DNA from: an uncultured Acidobacteriota bacterium
GTDB taxonomy: Bacteria; Acidobacteriota; Vicinamibacteria; Vicinamibacterales; 2-12-FULL-66-21
Length of the DNA stretch: 64,000 nucleotides
Direction: 5' to 3'
NCBI GenBank assembly: GCA_963748295.1
Contig: CAVVIH010000008.1
Location: 244,438-308,437, forward strand
Each line of letters starts with the position of its first letter. Positions within the stretch are counted from its first letter, which is position 1. The position numbers and the translations under genes were made by a program. The notes under the pieces were generated by a model that was given only the letters and a program-made list of their open reading frames with translations, searched no databases and was not told the origin of the DNA. This document shows positions 39,359 to 48,103 of the stretch, one piece after another.

Positions 39359-40561
39359 TCAGCGACCCACCGGCGCCTGGGGAGCGCCGCTCTTGCGCGC
39401 CGCCGTTTCCGTCGGCAGCCCCCATATCCTGATGAAGCCCTCGGCCGAGGAGATCGCCGCTTCCGGATCGGCCGCCAGATCCCAGTCCTGCAGCGCAAAC
39501 ACCGACTTGCGGCCGACCACCGCGCAGGTGCCCTTGAAGAGTTTCAGACGCACCGTGCCGGTGACGCGCTTCTGCACCGTCGCCACGAAGGAATCGATCG
39601 CTTCGCGCGTCTGCGAGAACCAGAGGCCGTTGTAGACGAGGTCTGCGTATCGGCGCGCCAGATCGTGCTTCAACCGTTCGAGCTCGCGCGCCACGACCAG
39701 CTTCTCGATTTCCTTGTGCGCGGTGTGCAGGACGACCGCGGCGGGCGCTTCGTAGATCTCGCGGGACTGCGTGCCCACCAGCCGGTTCTCGATCATGTCG
39801 ATCCGGCCGACGCCGTGCGCGCCGGCAATCGTCTCGAGGCTCTCGATGATCTCGAGCAGCGACATCTCGATGCCGTTGACGCGGACCGGCAGGCCGCCGT
39901 CGAATTCGATCTCGACGTAGGCCGGCTCGTCCGAGCAGTCCTGGGCCGCCCGCGTCAAGGTGTAGATGTCTTCCGGCGGCTCGCGCCACGGATCCTCGAG
40001 CACGCCGGCGGCAATCGAGCGTCCCCAGAGGTTGGCGTCGGTGCTGTAAGGCGTCTGCGTCGCGACCGGCACGGGGATGCCGCGCGTGCGCGCGTAGTCG
40101 ATCGCTTCCGCGCGCGACATGCTCCAGAGACGCGCCGGGGCGAGAACGTTCAAGGATGGCTCGAGCGCACGGACCGAGACCTCGAGCCGGACCTGGTCGT
40201 TTCCGCTGCCGGTGCACCCGTGCGCGATCGTCGAGGCGCCTTCCATCCGCGCGATCTCGACCAGGCGCCGTGCGACGAGCGGACCGCCCAGCGCGGTCGC
40301 CAGCGGGTACTGCTGCTCATAGAGCGCGCCGGCCTGGAGCGTCGGCAGGATGTATTCGCGGACGAACTCCTCGCGGGCATCGATCACGTGCGCGCGGACC
40401 GCGCCCAGCGCCAGCGCGCGCTCGCGAATGTCGGCCAGCTCCCGCCCCTGGCCGATGTCCAGCGTGACGGTGACGACTTCCGCGTCGTGATTCTCGATCA
40501 GCCACGGGATGGCAATCGACGTATGCAGCCCGCCCGAATACGCGAGGACTATTCGTTTCAT
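39359..40561 (-). CDS. argG: Argininosuccinate synthase
   Basis: ATG at 40561 gives MKRIVLAYSGGLHTSIAIPWL, the P-loop-like AYSGGLDTS motif, with GGAG 11 nt upstream. The tracked ORF extends to GTG 40585. Confidence 0.95.
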   Translation of the reverse strand: MKRIVLAYSGGLHTSIAIPWLIENHDAEVVTVTLDIGQGRELADIRERALALGAVRAHVIDAREEFVREYILPTLQAGALYEQQYPLATALGGPLVARRLVEIARMEGASTIAHGCTGSGNDQVRLEVSVRALEPSLNVLAPARLWSMSRAEAIDYARTRGIPVPVATQTPYSTDANLWGRSIAAGVLEDPWREPPEDIYTLTRAAQDCSDEPAYVEIEFDGGLPVRVNGIEMSLLEIIESLETIAGAHGVGRIDMIENRLVGTQSREIYEAPAAVVLHTAHKEIEKLVVARELERLKHDLARRYADLVYNGLWFSQTREAIDSFVATVQKRVTGTVRLKLFKGTCAVVGRKSVFALQDWDLAADPEAAISSAEGFIRIWGLPTETAARKSGAPQAPVGR

Positions 40562-40591
40562 CTTCTGCGGCTTCTCCACACGCACGCGCCA

Positions 40592-41044
40592 CTAGGCGGC
40601 CGAAATGTTCTGAAGACGGCGCATCAACGCGGATGCGAGATCGGCGGATCGACAGATCACCAGGATGGTGTCGTCGCCGGCGATCGTTCCCACGATTTCC
40701 GGCAGGCCCGAGCGGTCGATCGCGATGGCGAGCGGCTGCGCCTGGCCCGGATCGGTCTTGAGGACGACGAGCTGCTCCACGGCGTCCTGGCGGCGGAGGT
40801 AGTCGCGCACGGCGCGCTCGAGCGTGGCGCGGCTCTCGGCCGCGCCGGCCCCCGCCGACCCGGCGGATCGGTACGCCCCATCCGATGCCCGCTTGACCAG
40901 ACCCAGAGCCTGGATGTCGCGCGACAGCGTCGCCTGGGTGGCCTCGATTCCCTGGGTGCGCAGACGTTCCCGCAACAGCTCCTGGCTGGTAATTGGCTCT
41001 GTTTCAACGAGATCCAGGATTGCAGCCTGTCTGGACGATTTCAT
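40592..41044 (-). CDS. argR: Arginine repressor
   Basis: ATG at 41044 gives MKSSRQAAILDLVETEPITSQELLRERLRTQGIEATQATLSRDIQALGLVK, a winged-helix N-domain. The C-terminal oligomerisation domain contains GTIAGDDTILVI. Confidence 0.9.
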   Translation of the reverse strand: MKSSRQAAILDLVETEPITSQELLRERLRTQGIEATQATLSRDIQALGLVKRASDGAYRSAGSAGAGAAESRATLERAVRDYLRRQDAVEQLVVLKTDPGQAQPLAIAIDRSGLPEIVGTIAGDDTILVICRSADLASALMRRLQNISAA

Positions 41045-41064
41045 AATTATGCAGTCAGCATCCC

Positions 41065-41092
41065 AGTATACATCCAGATGAATGCATGTCAA
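41065..41092 (-). promoter_or_regulatory. Candidate sigma70-type promoter for argR-argG-argH
   Basis: On the minus strand, TTGACA (41092-41087), a 16-nt spacer, then TATACT (41070-41065). This is about 20 nt upstream of the argR ATG at 41044. Confidence 0.45.
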
Positions 41093-41112
41093 ACGCGTTA
41101 CAGCTCAACGTG

Positions 41113-41141
41113 TTGACATGCCTTTACGTTCCGTGTATAAC
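41113..41141 (+). promoter_or_regulatory. Candidate sigma70-type promoter for argC-argB-argD-GNAT-argJ-argF
   Basis: TTGACA (41113-41118), a 17-nt spacer, then TATAAC (41136-41141). The argC ATG is at 41153, which implies a very short or absent leader. Confidence 0.45.
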
Positions 41142-41152
41142 TACTCGTTCTG

Positions 41153-41166
41153 ATGAATAACTATTC
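41153..41166. promoter_or_regulatory. ARG-box-like half-palindrome overlapping the argC start codon
   Basis: aTGAATaactATTCt resembles the TGAAT-N4-ATTCA core of ArgR operators. A weaker copy, TGAATgcatgTCA, lies at about 41079-41091 inside the argR promoter. Confidence 0.35.
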
Positions 41167-42151
41167 TCCCGTCCGTGTCGGTATCGCAGGCGCGACGGGA
41201 TATGCCGGCGTAGAACTGCTGAGGCGGCTGGCTCGCCACCCAGGCGCCGACGTCCGGCTGGCGATGGGATCGAGTACATCCGAAGCTCGCCGGGTCCCCG
41301 CCCTCTCGCGCATCTGGGACGCGCCGGTGCTGCCGTTCGACCTCGATCGGCTCGCGAGCGAGAGCGACGCCGTCTTCCTTGCGGTTCCAGAAACACTCGC
41401 CGCGGACGTCGCGCCGGAGCTCGCGAAGCGGGGCGCGCGGGTCCTCGATCTTTCGGGTGCATTCCGGCTCAAGGACGAAGCCGAGCGGCGCCGATGGTAT
41501 CCGCATTCGCCGGCGGTCGAAGTGGCGATCGCCTACGGACTGACCGAGCAGAACCGCGGCGCGCTCGCGAAGGCGCCGCTGATCGCGTGCGCCGGGTGCT
41601 ATCCGACGGCGGCGCTGCTCGCGCTGCAGCCGCTCGCCGCCGCCGGCGCGATTCAGCCGGGCGGCATCGTCATCGACGCGAAGTCGGGCATCTCCGGCGC
41701 CGGCAAGACGCCGAGCGAGCGCACCCACTTCTCCGAGTGCCACGGCAGCATTTCCGCGTACGGAGTATTCGCGCACCGCCATGCCGCCGAAATAGAACAG
41801 GGACTCGGGATGGCGGTCACGTTCGTGCCGCACCTCGTTCCGCTCGACCGCGGCATCTTCGAGACGATTTACGCGAGGCTGTCGCCGGGGGTCGGTGAAG
41901 AGGAGGTCGGCGCGCTGCTGCGCGCGGCGTACGAGCAGTCGCCGTTCGTGCGGCTCACCGGCAGCGACCTTCCACAGATCAAGCACGTGGTGCACACGAA
42001 CTTCTGCGACATCGGCTGGCGCGCCGATCGGCCGGGCGGCCAGCTCGTGCTGGTCGCGTGCATCGACAACCTGGTGAAGGGCGCGGCCGGCCAGGCGATT
42101 CAGAATTTCAACGTCGCGTTCGGGTTCGACGAGACGCTGGGGCTGCAGTGA
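41153..42151 (+). CDS. argC: N-acetyl-gamma-glutamyl-phosphate reductase
   Basis: A 332-aa ORF with N-terminus VGIAGATGYAGVELLRRL and the catalytic-Cys motif AGCYPTA. Confidence 0.95.
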   Translation: MNNYSPVRVGIAGATGYAGVELLRRLARHPGADVRLAMGSSTSEARRVPALSRIWDAPVLPFDLDRLASESDAVFLAVPETLAADVAPELAKRGARVLDLSGAFRLKDEAERRRWYPHSPAVEVAIAYGLTEQNRGALAKAPLIACAGCYPTAALLALQPLAAAGAIQPGGIVIDAKSGISGAGKTPSERTHFSECHGSISAYGVFAHRHAAEIEQGLGMAVTFVPHLVPLDRGIFETIYARLSPGVGEEEVGALLRAAYEQSPFVRLTGSDLPQIKHVVHTNFCDIGWRADRPGGQLVLVACIDNLVKGAAGQAIQNFNVAFGFDETLGLQ

Positions 42152-42996
42152 GCGCTGACATAACGGTCGTCAAGCTTGGCGGTGAGCTGCTCGAGGATGC
42201 GGCAGCGATCCGGCGTGCCGCCGGCGCCCTCGTCAAGCTCGCGGCTCGCCGCTCGCTCGTCGTCGTTCACGGCGGCGGCCGGGCGGTCGATGCCGAGCTG
42301 CGCGCGCGAGGGCAGGCGGCGCGGTTCGTCGATGGCCTCCGCGTCACCGACGAAGCGGCGCTCGAGGCGGCGGTCTCCGTCCTCGCCGGCCGGAACAACA
42401 CGGCGCTGGTGGCGGCCATCCACGCCGACGGCGGCCGCGCGGTCGGCCTGACCGGCGCCGACGCGGGAATCGGCCTGTGCGAACGCGCGCGGGACTTCAC
42501 GTCGGTTGCCGGCGACAAGGTCGACCTCGGGCTGGTCGGACATCCGGTCGGACAGAACACCGTCCTGCTCGAGGATCTGCTCGCGCACGGCTACGTGCCG
42601 GTCATCGCAAGCATCGGCGTCGACGCCGGCGGCGCCCTGCTCAACGTCAACGCCGATACGCTCGCCGGCCATCTGGCTGCGGCGCTTCACGCCGGCGAGC
42701 TGATCGTCGCCGGAACTACACCGGGCGTGCTGAATGGTGAGGGCGAGCCGATCGCCGAGCTCGACGTCGACAGCGTGGACGAGATGACGGCGTCTGGCGC
42801 CGCGCATTCGGGCATGGTGGCGAAGCTCGCCGCCTGCCGGCATGCCGTCCTTGCCGGGGTCGACCGGGTCGCGATCGTGGATGGACGTGCCGCGGGCGGA
42901 TTCGCCGGTGCACTCGGCACACGCGTCGTGTCGCGGCCGAACGACGTCGTTCGACGACTCGACGCGGGACTCGAATCGGGAGAGCTGAGGGTATGA
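42148..42996 (+). CDS. argB: Acetylglutamate kinase
   Basis: A GTG at 42148 overlaps the argC stop (GTGA). The protein has VVKLGGELL, VVVHGGG and FVDGLRVTD. Confidence 0.9.
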   Translation: MSADITVVKLGGELLEDAAAIRRAAGALVKLAARRSLVVVHGGGRAVDAELRARGQAARFVDGLRVTDEAALEAAVSVLAGRNNTALVAAIHADGGRAVGLTGADAGIGLCERARDFTSVAGDKVDLGLVGHPVGQNTVLLEDLLAHGYVPVIASIGVDAGGALLNVNADTLAGHLAAALHAGELIVAGTTPGVLNGEGEPIAELDVDSVDEMTASGAAHSGMVAKLAACRHAVLAGVDRVAIVDGRAAGGFAGALGTRVVSRPNDVVRRLDAGLESGELRV

Positions 42997-44198
42997 CGAT
43001 CGCAAACAGCGTGATGGCGCTCGAGACCGATCACCTGCTGCAGGTGTACCGGCGCGGGCAGGTCGTGTTCGAGCGCGGCAAGGGATGCCGCCTGTTCGAC
43101 GCGGACGGCCGCGGCTATCTCGATCTGATCTCGGGAGTCGGCGTCGCGTCGCTCGGGCACGCACATCCGCGTCTCGCCGCCGCCATTGCCGAACAGGCGT
43201 CGACGCTGCTGCACACGTCCAACCTGTTCTTCCACCCGCTTCAGGGTGAGGTGGCGGCCCGGCTCGCGGCGCTGAGCGGCCTGCCACGCGCGTTCTTCAC
43301 GAACAGCGGAACGGAAGCGGTCGAAGCGTGCCTGAAATTCGCGCGCCGGGTACTGGCACACGCAGAAGGCGCCGCGCAGCGGCTTCGTCGCCTTCGAGCA
43401 CGCCTTTCACGGCCGAACGATGGGATCGCTCTCGGTGACGTGGGACGAGCACTACCGCGCGCCGTTCGCGCCGCTGCTGGGGATGTCCAGTGGGTGTCCA
43501 CCGACAACCCCGACGCGCTTCGCGCGGCAGTTACCGATCGGACAGCCGCGATCGTCGTCGAGCCGCTGCAGGGCGAGGGCGGGGTTCGTCCGCTGAGCGC
43601 GGCGATGGCCGCGGCGATCCGCGAGTCATGCGCACGGACCGGCGCGCTGCTGATCACCGACGAGGTGCAGAGCGGGCTCGGACGCACCGGGCGGCCGTTC
43701 TATGCCGAGGCGCTCGGCCTGACGCCCGATCTGATGGCGCTCGGCAAGGCGCTCGGCGCCGGCGTGCCAATCGGCGCCGCGATGTTCAGCGAGCGCGTCG
43801 CCTCGTCTGCCTCGTTTGGCGATCACGGCAGCACGTATGGCGGCAACCTGCTGGCGTGCCGTGCGGCGCTCGTGTTCCTGGAGGAGCTGGTGGATCGGGA
43901 TCTGATCTCGAACGTCGCGAAGTCCGGACAGCAGTTCGAATCGGCGCTGCAGCGGATCGCCGCCAAATACCCGCACGTTCTTGCGGTCCGGGGCGCGGGC
44001 CTGATCTGGGGCATCGAGCTGGATCGCCCGGCAGCGCCCGTGGTGGAGGCGGCGCTCAAGCTTGGATTGCTGGTGAATCGCACGGCCGATACGGTGGTGC
44101 GCCTGCTGCCGCCGTTCATCATCAGCTCGTCGGAAATCAGCGAGGGTGTAGCCCTGCTGGAACAGGCCATCGGGTCGGTGGCGGGAGGTGCGGCTTGA
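42993..44198 (+). CDS. argD: Acetylornithine aminotransferase; the ORF is intact but codons covering about 43351-43482 are out of the true frame
   Basis: Class-III aminotransferase segments flank the corrupted stretch, including the PLP-lysine [11 protein letters not shown]. Between the G-runs at 43348-43350 and 43479-43482, only the +1 frame gives the conserved [44 protein letters not shown]. Confidence 0.9.
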   Translation: MTIANSVMALETDHLLQVYRRGQVVFERGKGCRLFDADGRGYLDLISGVGVASLGHAHPRLAAAIAEQASTLLHTSNLFFHPLQGEVAARLAALSGLPRAFFTNSGTEAVEACLKFARRVLAHAEGAAQRLRRLRARLSRPNDGIALGDVGRALPRAVRAAAGDVQWVSTDNPDALRAAVTDRTAAIVVEPLQGEGGVRPLSAAMAAAIRESCARTGALLITDEVQSGLGRTGRPFYAEALGLTPDLMALGKALGAGVPIGAAMFSERVASSASFGDHGSTYGGNLLACRAALVFLEELVDRDLISNVAKSGQQFESALQRIAAKYPHVLAVRGAGLIWGIELDRPAAPVVEAALKLGLLVNRTADTVVRLLPPFIISSSEISEGVALLEQAIGSVAGGAA

Positions 44199-44803
44199 AC
44201 AACTCTGTGATTCTCCGGACCGCGTCCACGGCGGACGCTCCGGCATTGCATCGGTTGATTGCCGAGAACCTCGAGGCCGGGCATCTCCTGCCGCGCACGA
44301 TCGAGGATCTCGAGGAGCACGCGCATCGCTTCACCGTGGCCGACGCGGACGGCCTCGTCGTCGGCTGCGCGGAACTGGCGCCGCTTGGCGAGAGCGTCGC
44401 CGAGGTCCGTTCGCTCGTCGTGCACGACGATTACCGCGGACGACGCATCGGGTCGGATCTGATTCATCATTTGTCGTCGGCCGCCAACGAGCGCGGGTTC
44501 TCGACCCTGTGCGCCTTCACCCACGAGCCCTCGCATTTCGTCCGCCTCGGCTTCTCGATCGTCCCGCACATGTGGGTCCCCGAGAAGATCGCGCACGACT
44601 GCACGTCGTGCCCGCTGTTCCGCCGCTGCGGTCAGTATGCCGTTGCGCTGACGCTGCGCGCCGGCGTCAGCGTCCGTCCGCTGCAGCCCGCCGCCGTGAT
44701 CTACGCCGGCCGCGTCGCCGGACCGCGCAAGCCCAACGTCGAACGGCTGCAGATTCGCGCCGTCGACGCGACGCGCAAGCGCAAGGAGCCCGTCCCGGCG
44801 TGA
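44195..44803 (+). CDS. GNAT-family N-acetyltransferase (short ArgA-like amino-acid acetyltransferase)
   Basis: A TTG at 44195 overlaps the argD stop (TTGA) and lies 6 nt after GGGAGG. The GNAT core is VGCAELAPLGESVAEVRSLVVHDDYRGRRIGSDLI, followed by CTSCPLFRRC and a basic tail. GTG 44207 is an alternative start. Confidence 0.75.
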   Translation: MNNSVILRTASTADAPALHRLIAENLEAGHLLPRTIEDLEEHAHRFTVADADGLVVGCAELAPLGESVAEVRSLVVHDDYRGRRIGSDLIHHLSSAANERGFSTLCAFTHEPSHFVRLGFSIVPHMWVPEKIAHDCTSCPLFRRCGQYAVALTLRAGVSVRPLQPAAVIYAGRVAGPRKPNVERLQIRAVDATRKRKEPVPA

Positions 44804-46016
44804 CCGATTTCCAGATCAGGGAGGTCGCCGGGGGCATCACCGCCCCCGCGGGCTTTCGTGCCGCCGGTGTCGCCTGCGGGATCAAGGCCTCCGGCGCGAC
44901 GGACCTGGCGCTGATCGCGTGCGAAGAGCCCGGCACCGCCGCCGGCGTGTTCACGACGAACCTCGCGCAGGCCGCTCCGGTCGTCACCTCCCGCGATCAT
45001 CTGAAGCGCTCGGGCGGGCGGGCGGCAGCGATCGTCGTCAACAGCGGATGCGCGAACGCGTGCACCGGCGCCGACGGCGTCGCTCACGCGCGGGCGATGG
45101 TCGACCTGACGGCGTCCGCGGTCGGCTGCCAGTCGCTGAACGTGCTGGTGGCGTCAACCGGCGTGATCGGCGTCAAGCTCGATATGTCGAAGGTGGGGCG
45201 CGGCATCGCCGATGCGAGGCGCCAGCTGTCCGCATCCGGCGGCAGCGCCGCCGCGCGGGCGATCATGACCACCGATCCGTTTCCCAAGGAATCGTCGGTG
45301 GAGATCTCCTCCCGCCACGGCACGTTTCGCGTCGGCGGAATCGCCAAGGGGTCCGGCATGATCGAGCCGCTGATGGCGACGATGCTGGGATTCGTCACGA
45401 CGGATGTCGCGGTGGAACCGTCGGTGCTGCAGCGCGCGCTCAACACCGTGGTCAACGACACGTTCAACGCCATCACCGTCGACGGCGAGTGCTCGACCAA
45501 CGACTGCGTGTTCACGATCGCCAGCGGCGCGAGCGGTGTACGGCTCGAAGAAGAGGATTTTCCGCTGCTCGTCTCCGCCCTTCGCGCGGCGTGCGAGCCG
45601 CTCGCGATCGGCATCGTGCGCGGCGGCGAAGGGGCGACCAAGCTGATCACCGTCCGCGTGACCGGCGCACAGTCCGACGCCGACGCCAAGCGCGCCGCCA
45701 GGGCCATCGCCAACTCGCTGCTGGTGAAGACCGCCGTGCACGGCGGCGATCCGAACTGGGGTCGCCTGATCGCCGTGGCCGGCCGGGCCGGCGTCGCGTT
45801 CTCGCTGGGCGGCGCCATCGTCAGGATCGGATCGGTCGAGCTGTTCCGCGATGGGACCCGTACGACGAACGGGCGGCGGAGGCGGCCGAGTATCTGAAGA
45901 ACCGCGACATCGAGATCGAAGTGAATCTCGGCACCGGCGGCCGCGGCCGCTCGCACATGTGGACCTGCGATCTGAGCGCCGAGTACGTCCGCATCAATGC
46001 GGACTACCGGACGTAG
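44800..46016 (+). pseudogene. argJ: Bifunctional glutamate N-acetyltransferase/amino-acid acetyltransferase ArgJ; one frameshift as sequenced
   Basis: A GTG at 44800 overlaps the GNAT stop (GTGA). The autoprocessing region is GSGMIEPLMATMLGFVTTD. At the C-run 45857-45859 the frame must change to read ...ELFRDGTPYDERAAEAAEYLKNRDIEIEVNLGTGGRGRSHMWTCDLSAEYVRINADYRT* (stop at 46016). Confidence 0.9.
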
Positions 46017-46041
46017 AGAGCTGGACGCTTTGAGGAACAAC

Positions 46042-46982
46042 ATGATTCACGTTACCGACCCAACGCGATTCCTGTCGGTTCTGGACTTTGGTCCGGCGGA
46101 ACTGTCGGCGTGTCTGTCGCTTGCGGCCGAGCTGAAGGCGGCGCGCGCGGTGCGCCGCGCGCACGAGCGTCCGCTCACCGGACAGCACGTCGCGCTGCTC
46201 TTCGAGAAGCCCTCGCTGCGGACGCGGTCCACCTTCCAGATCGCGGTTCGCGAGCTCGGCGGCGACGTCATCGAGCCGCCGCAGGACGTCGCGCTCGGCG
46301 GACGCGAGTCAATCGCCGACGTCGCCAGGAACCTGGAGCGGTGGGTCTCGATCGCCGTCGTCAGGACCTTCGCCCAGGCGCGGCTCGAGGAGTTCGCCAA
46401 TGCGGCGCCGCGGCTGCGCGTGGTGAACGCGCTGACCGACGAGGAGCATCCGTGCCAGGCGCTGGCGGATGCGCTCACGCTCGTCGAGCGGTTCGGCGAG
46501 CTGAACGATCGCACCATCGCCTTCGTCGGCGACGGCAACAACGTCGCCAGGTCGCTGGCGCAGGCCGTCGTCATGCTCGGCGGCCACGTGCGTATTGCGT
46601 CTCCTGCGGGATACGAGCTGCCGCACGCGTCGGTGACGGAGATCCGCAGCTGCGCCGTCAACGGCGGAACGATCGAGGTCACGGATGACGCGGCGGAGGC
46701 CGCCGGCGGGGCCGATGCCGTCTACACGGACGTCTGGACCTCGATGGGCCAGGAGTCGGAAACCGCGACGCGCCACCAGCTCTTCGCGCCCTATCAGGTG
46801 AACTCGACGCTGATGTCGCTCGCGGCTCCGGGCGCGCTGTTCATGCACTGCCTGCCCGCGCATCGCGGCGACGAGGTCACCGACGAGGTGATCGATTCGC
46901 CGGCGTCGGTGGTCTTCGATCAGGCCGAGAACCGCCTGCACGCTCAGAAGGCGCTTCTGGCGATGCTCGCCGGCGGGTGTGA
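46042..46982 (+). CDS. argF: Ornithine carbamoyltransferase; the stop is reconstructed at 46980-46982, and as sequenced the frame reads on to 47085
   Basis: ATG at 46042 follows GAGGA. The motifs are SLRTRSTF, HPCQALAD and HCLPAHRGDEV. Homology ends at ...ALLAMLAGG. Adding one G to the G-run 46975-46977 gives GGV-TGA. Confidence 0.85.
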
Positions 46983-46998
46983 TACCCTTCGCAGCTTC

Positions 46999-48016
46999 AT
47001 GCGCCAGGCCGTCATTCCCCGGTACGGCCCCCCCGACGTGTTTGCGATCCGCGAAGCGTCCGATCCCGTTCCGGGCGCCGGGTGACCTGCGCGTGCGCGT
47101 CAGGGCAGCCGGCGTCAACTACGCCGACATCCTCTCCAGACTAGGGTTGTATCCCGACGCGCCGAAGCCTCCGGTCGTCGTCGGCTACGAGATCGCGGGC
47201 TACGTCGACGCGGCGGGCGCCGGGGTTGCTGGCTTCGCTCCCGGCGATCGTATTGTCGCGCTCACCAAATTCGGCGGCTACTCCGACGTCGTCGTCGTTC
47301 CGGCGGCGCATGCGTTCCGCGTGCCGGTGGATCTGAGCGACGCCGAAGCGGCGGCGATCCCGGTCAATTACCTGACCGCAGCACTGGCGCTCTATCGGAT
47401 GGCCGCGCTGAGCTCGGGCGAAACGGTGCTCATTCACAACGCCGGCGGCGGCGTCGGCATCGCCGCCGCGCAGCTCGCCCGGCTGCGGCGCGCCACGGTG
47501 ATCGGCACGGCGTCGGCGTTCAAGCATGCGGCGCTGCGCAGCTTCGGCATCGAGCACGTGATCGATTATCACCACGCCGACGTTCCCGAGGAGGTGCGGC
47601 GAATCACGAAAGGACGCGGCGTCGACGTCATCCTCGATCCGATCGGCGGGCGCAGCTTCATGTCGAGCTATCGCCTGCTCGCGCCGCTCGGCCGACTGAT
47701 CGTCTTCGGACTGTCGTCAGCGGTCAGCGGAGAACAGCGCAACCTGTGGAGCGCGTTTCGGGCGTGGATGTCGACACCGCGATTCGACCCGATGTCGCTC
47801 ATCAACCGCAATCGCGGGGTATTCGGCCTGCATCTCGGCCACCTGTGGGAAGAGCAGCGTCAGCTGGCGCCGCTCATGACGATGATTCTCAGCGAGATCG
47901 CCGCCGAGAGACTCAAACCGGTTGTCGCAAAGACGTTCCCGCTCGAACGTGTCGCCGACGCCCACCGCTTCATTCAGAAACGCCTGAACATCGGCAAAGT
48001 GGTGCTCACGACATAA
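46999..48016 (+). pseudogene. Zinc-binding alcohol dehydrogenase-family quinone oxidoreductase; one frameshift as sequenced
   Basis: ATG at 46999 (MRQAVIPRYGPPDVFAIREASDPVPGAG) lies in the argF frame. After the G-run 47080-47082 the sequence continues in ORF 46979..48016 (DLRVRVRAAGVNYADILSRLGLYP...NAGGGVGIAAAQLA...KVVLTT*). Confidence 0.8.
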
Positions 48017-48085
48017 CTCCCAAAAAAGCCCAACTCCCAACTCCCAACGACACGGAGCTTTTGGGAGTCGGTTTTTTGGGAGTTG
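48017..48085. terminator. Long hairpin built from CTCCCAA / TTGGGAG iterations between convergent genes
   Basis: ctcccaaaaaa (48017-48027) pairs with ttttttgggag (48073-48083), and actcccaa (48040-48047) pairs with ttgggagt (48061-48068). It lies between the QOR stop (48016) and the S9 peptidase stop (48104). Confidence 0.5.
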
Positions 48086-48103
48086 GTTTTTTTGAGTTGT
48101 GAG

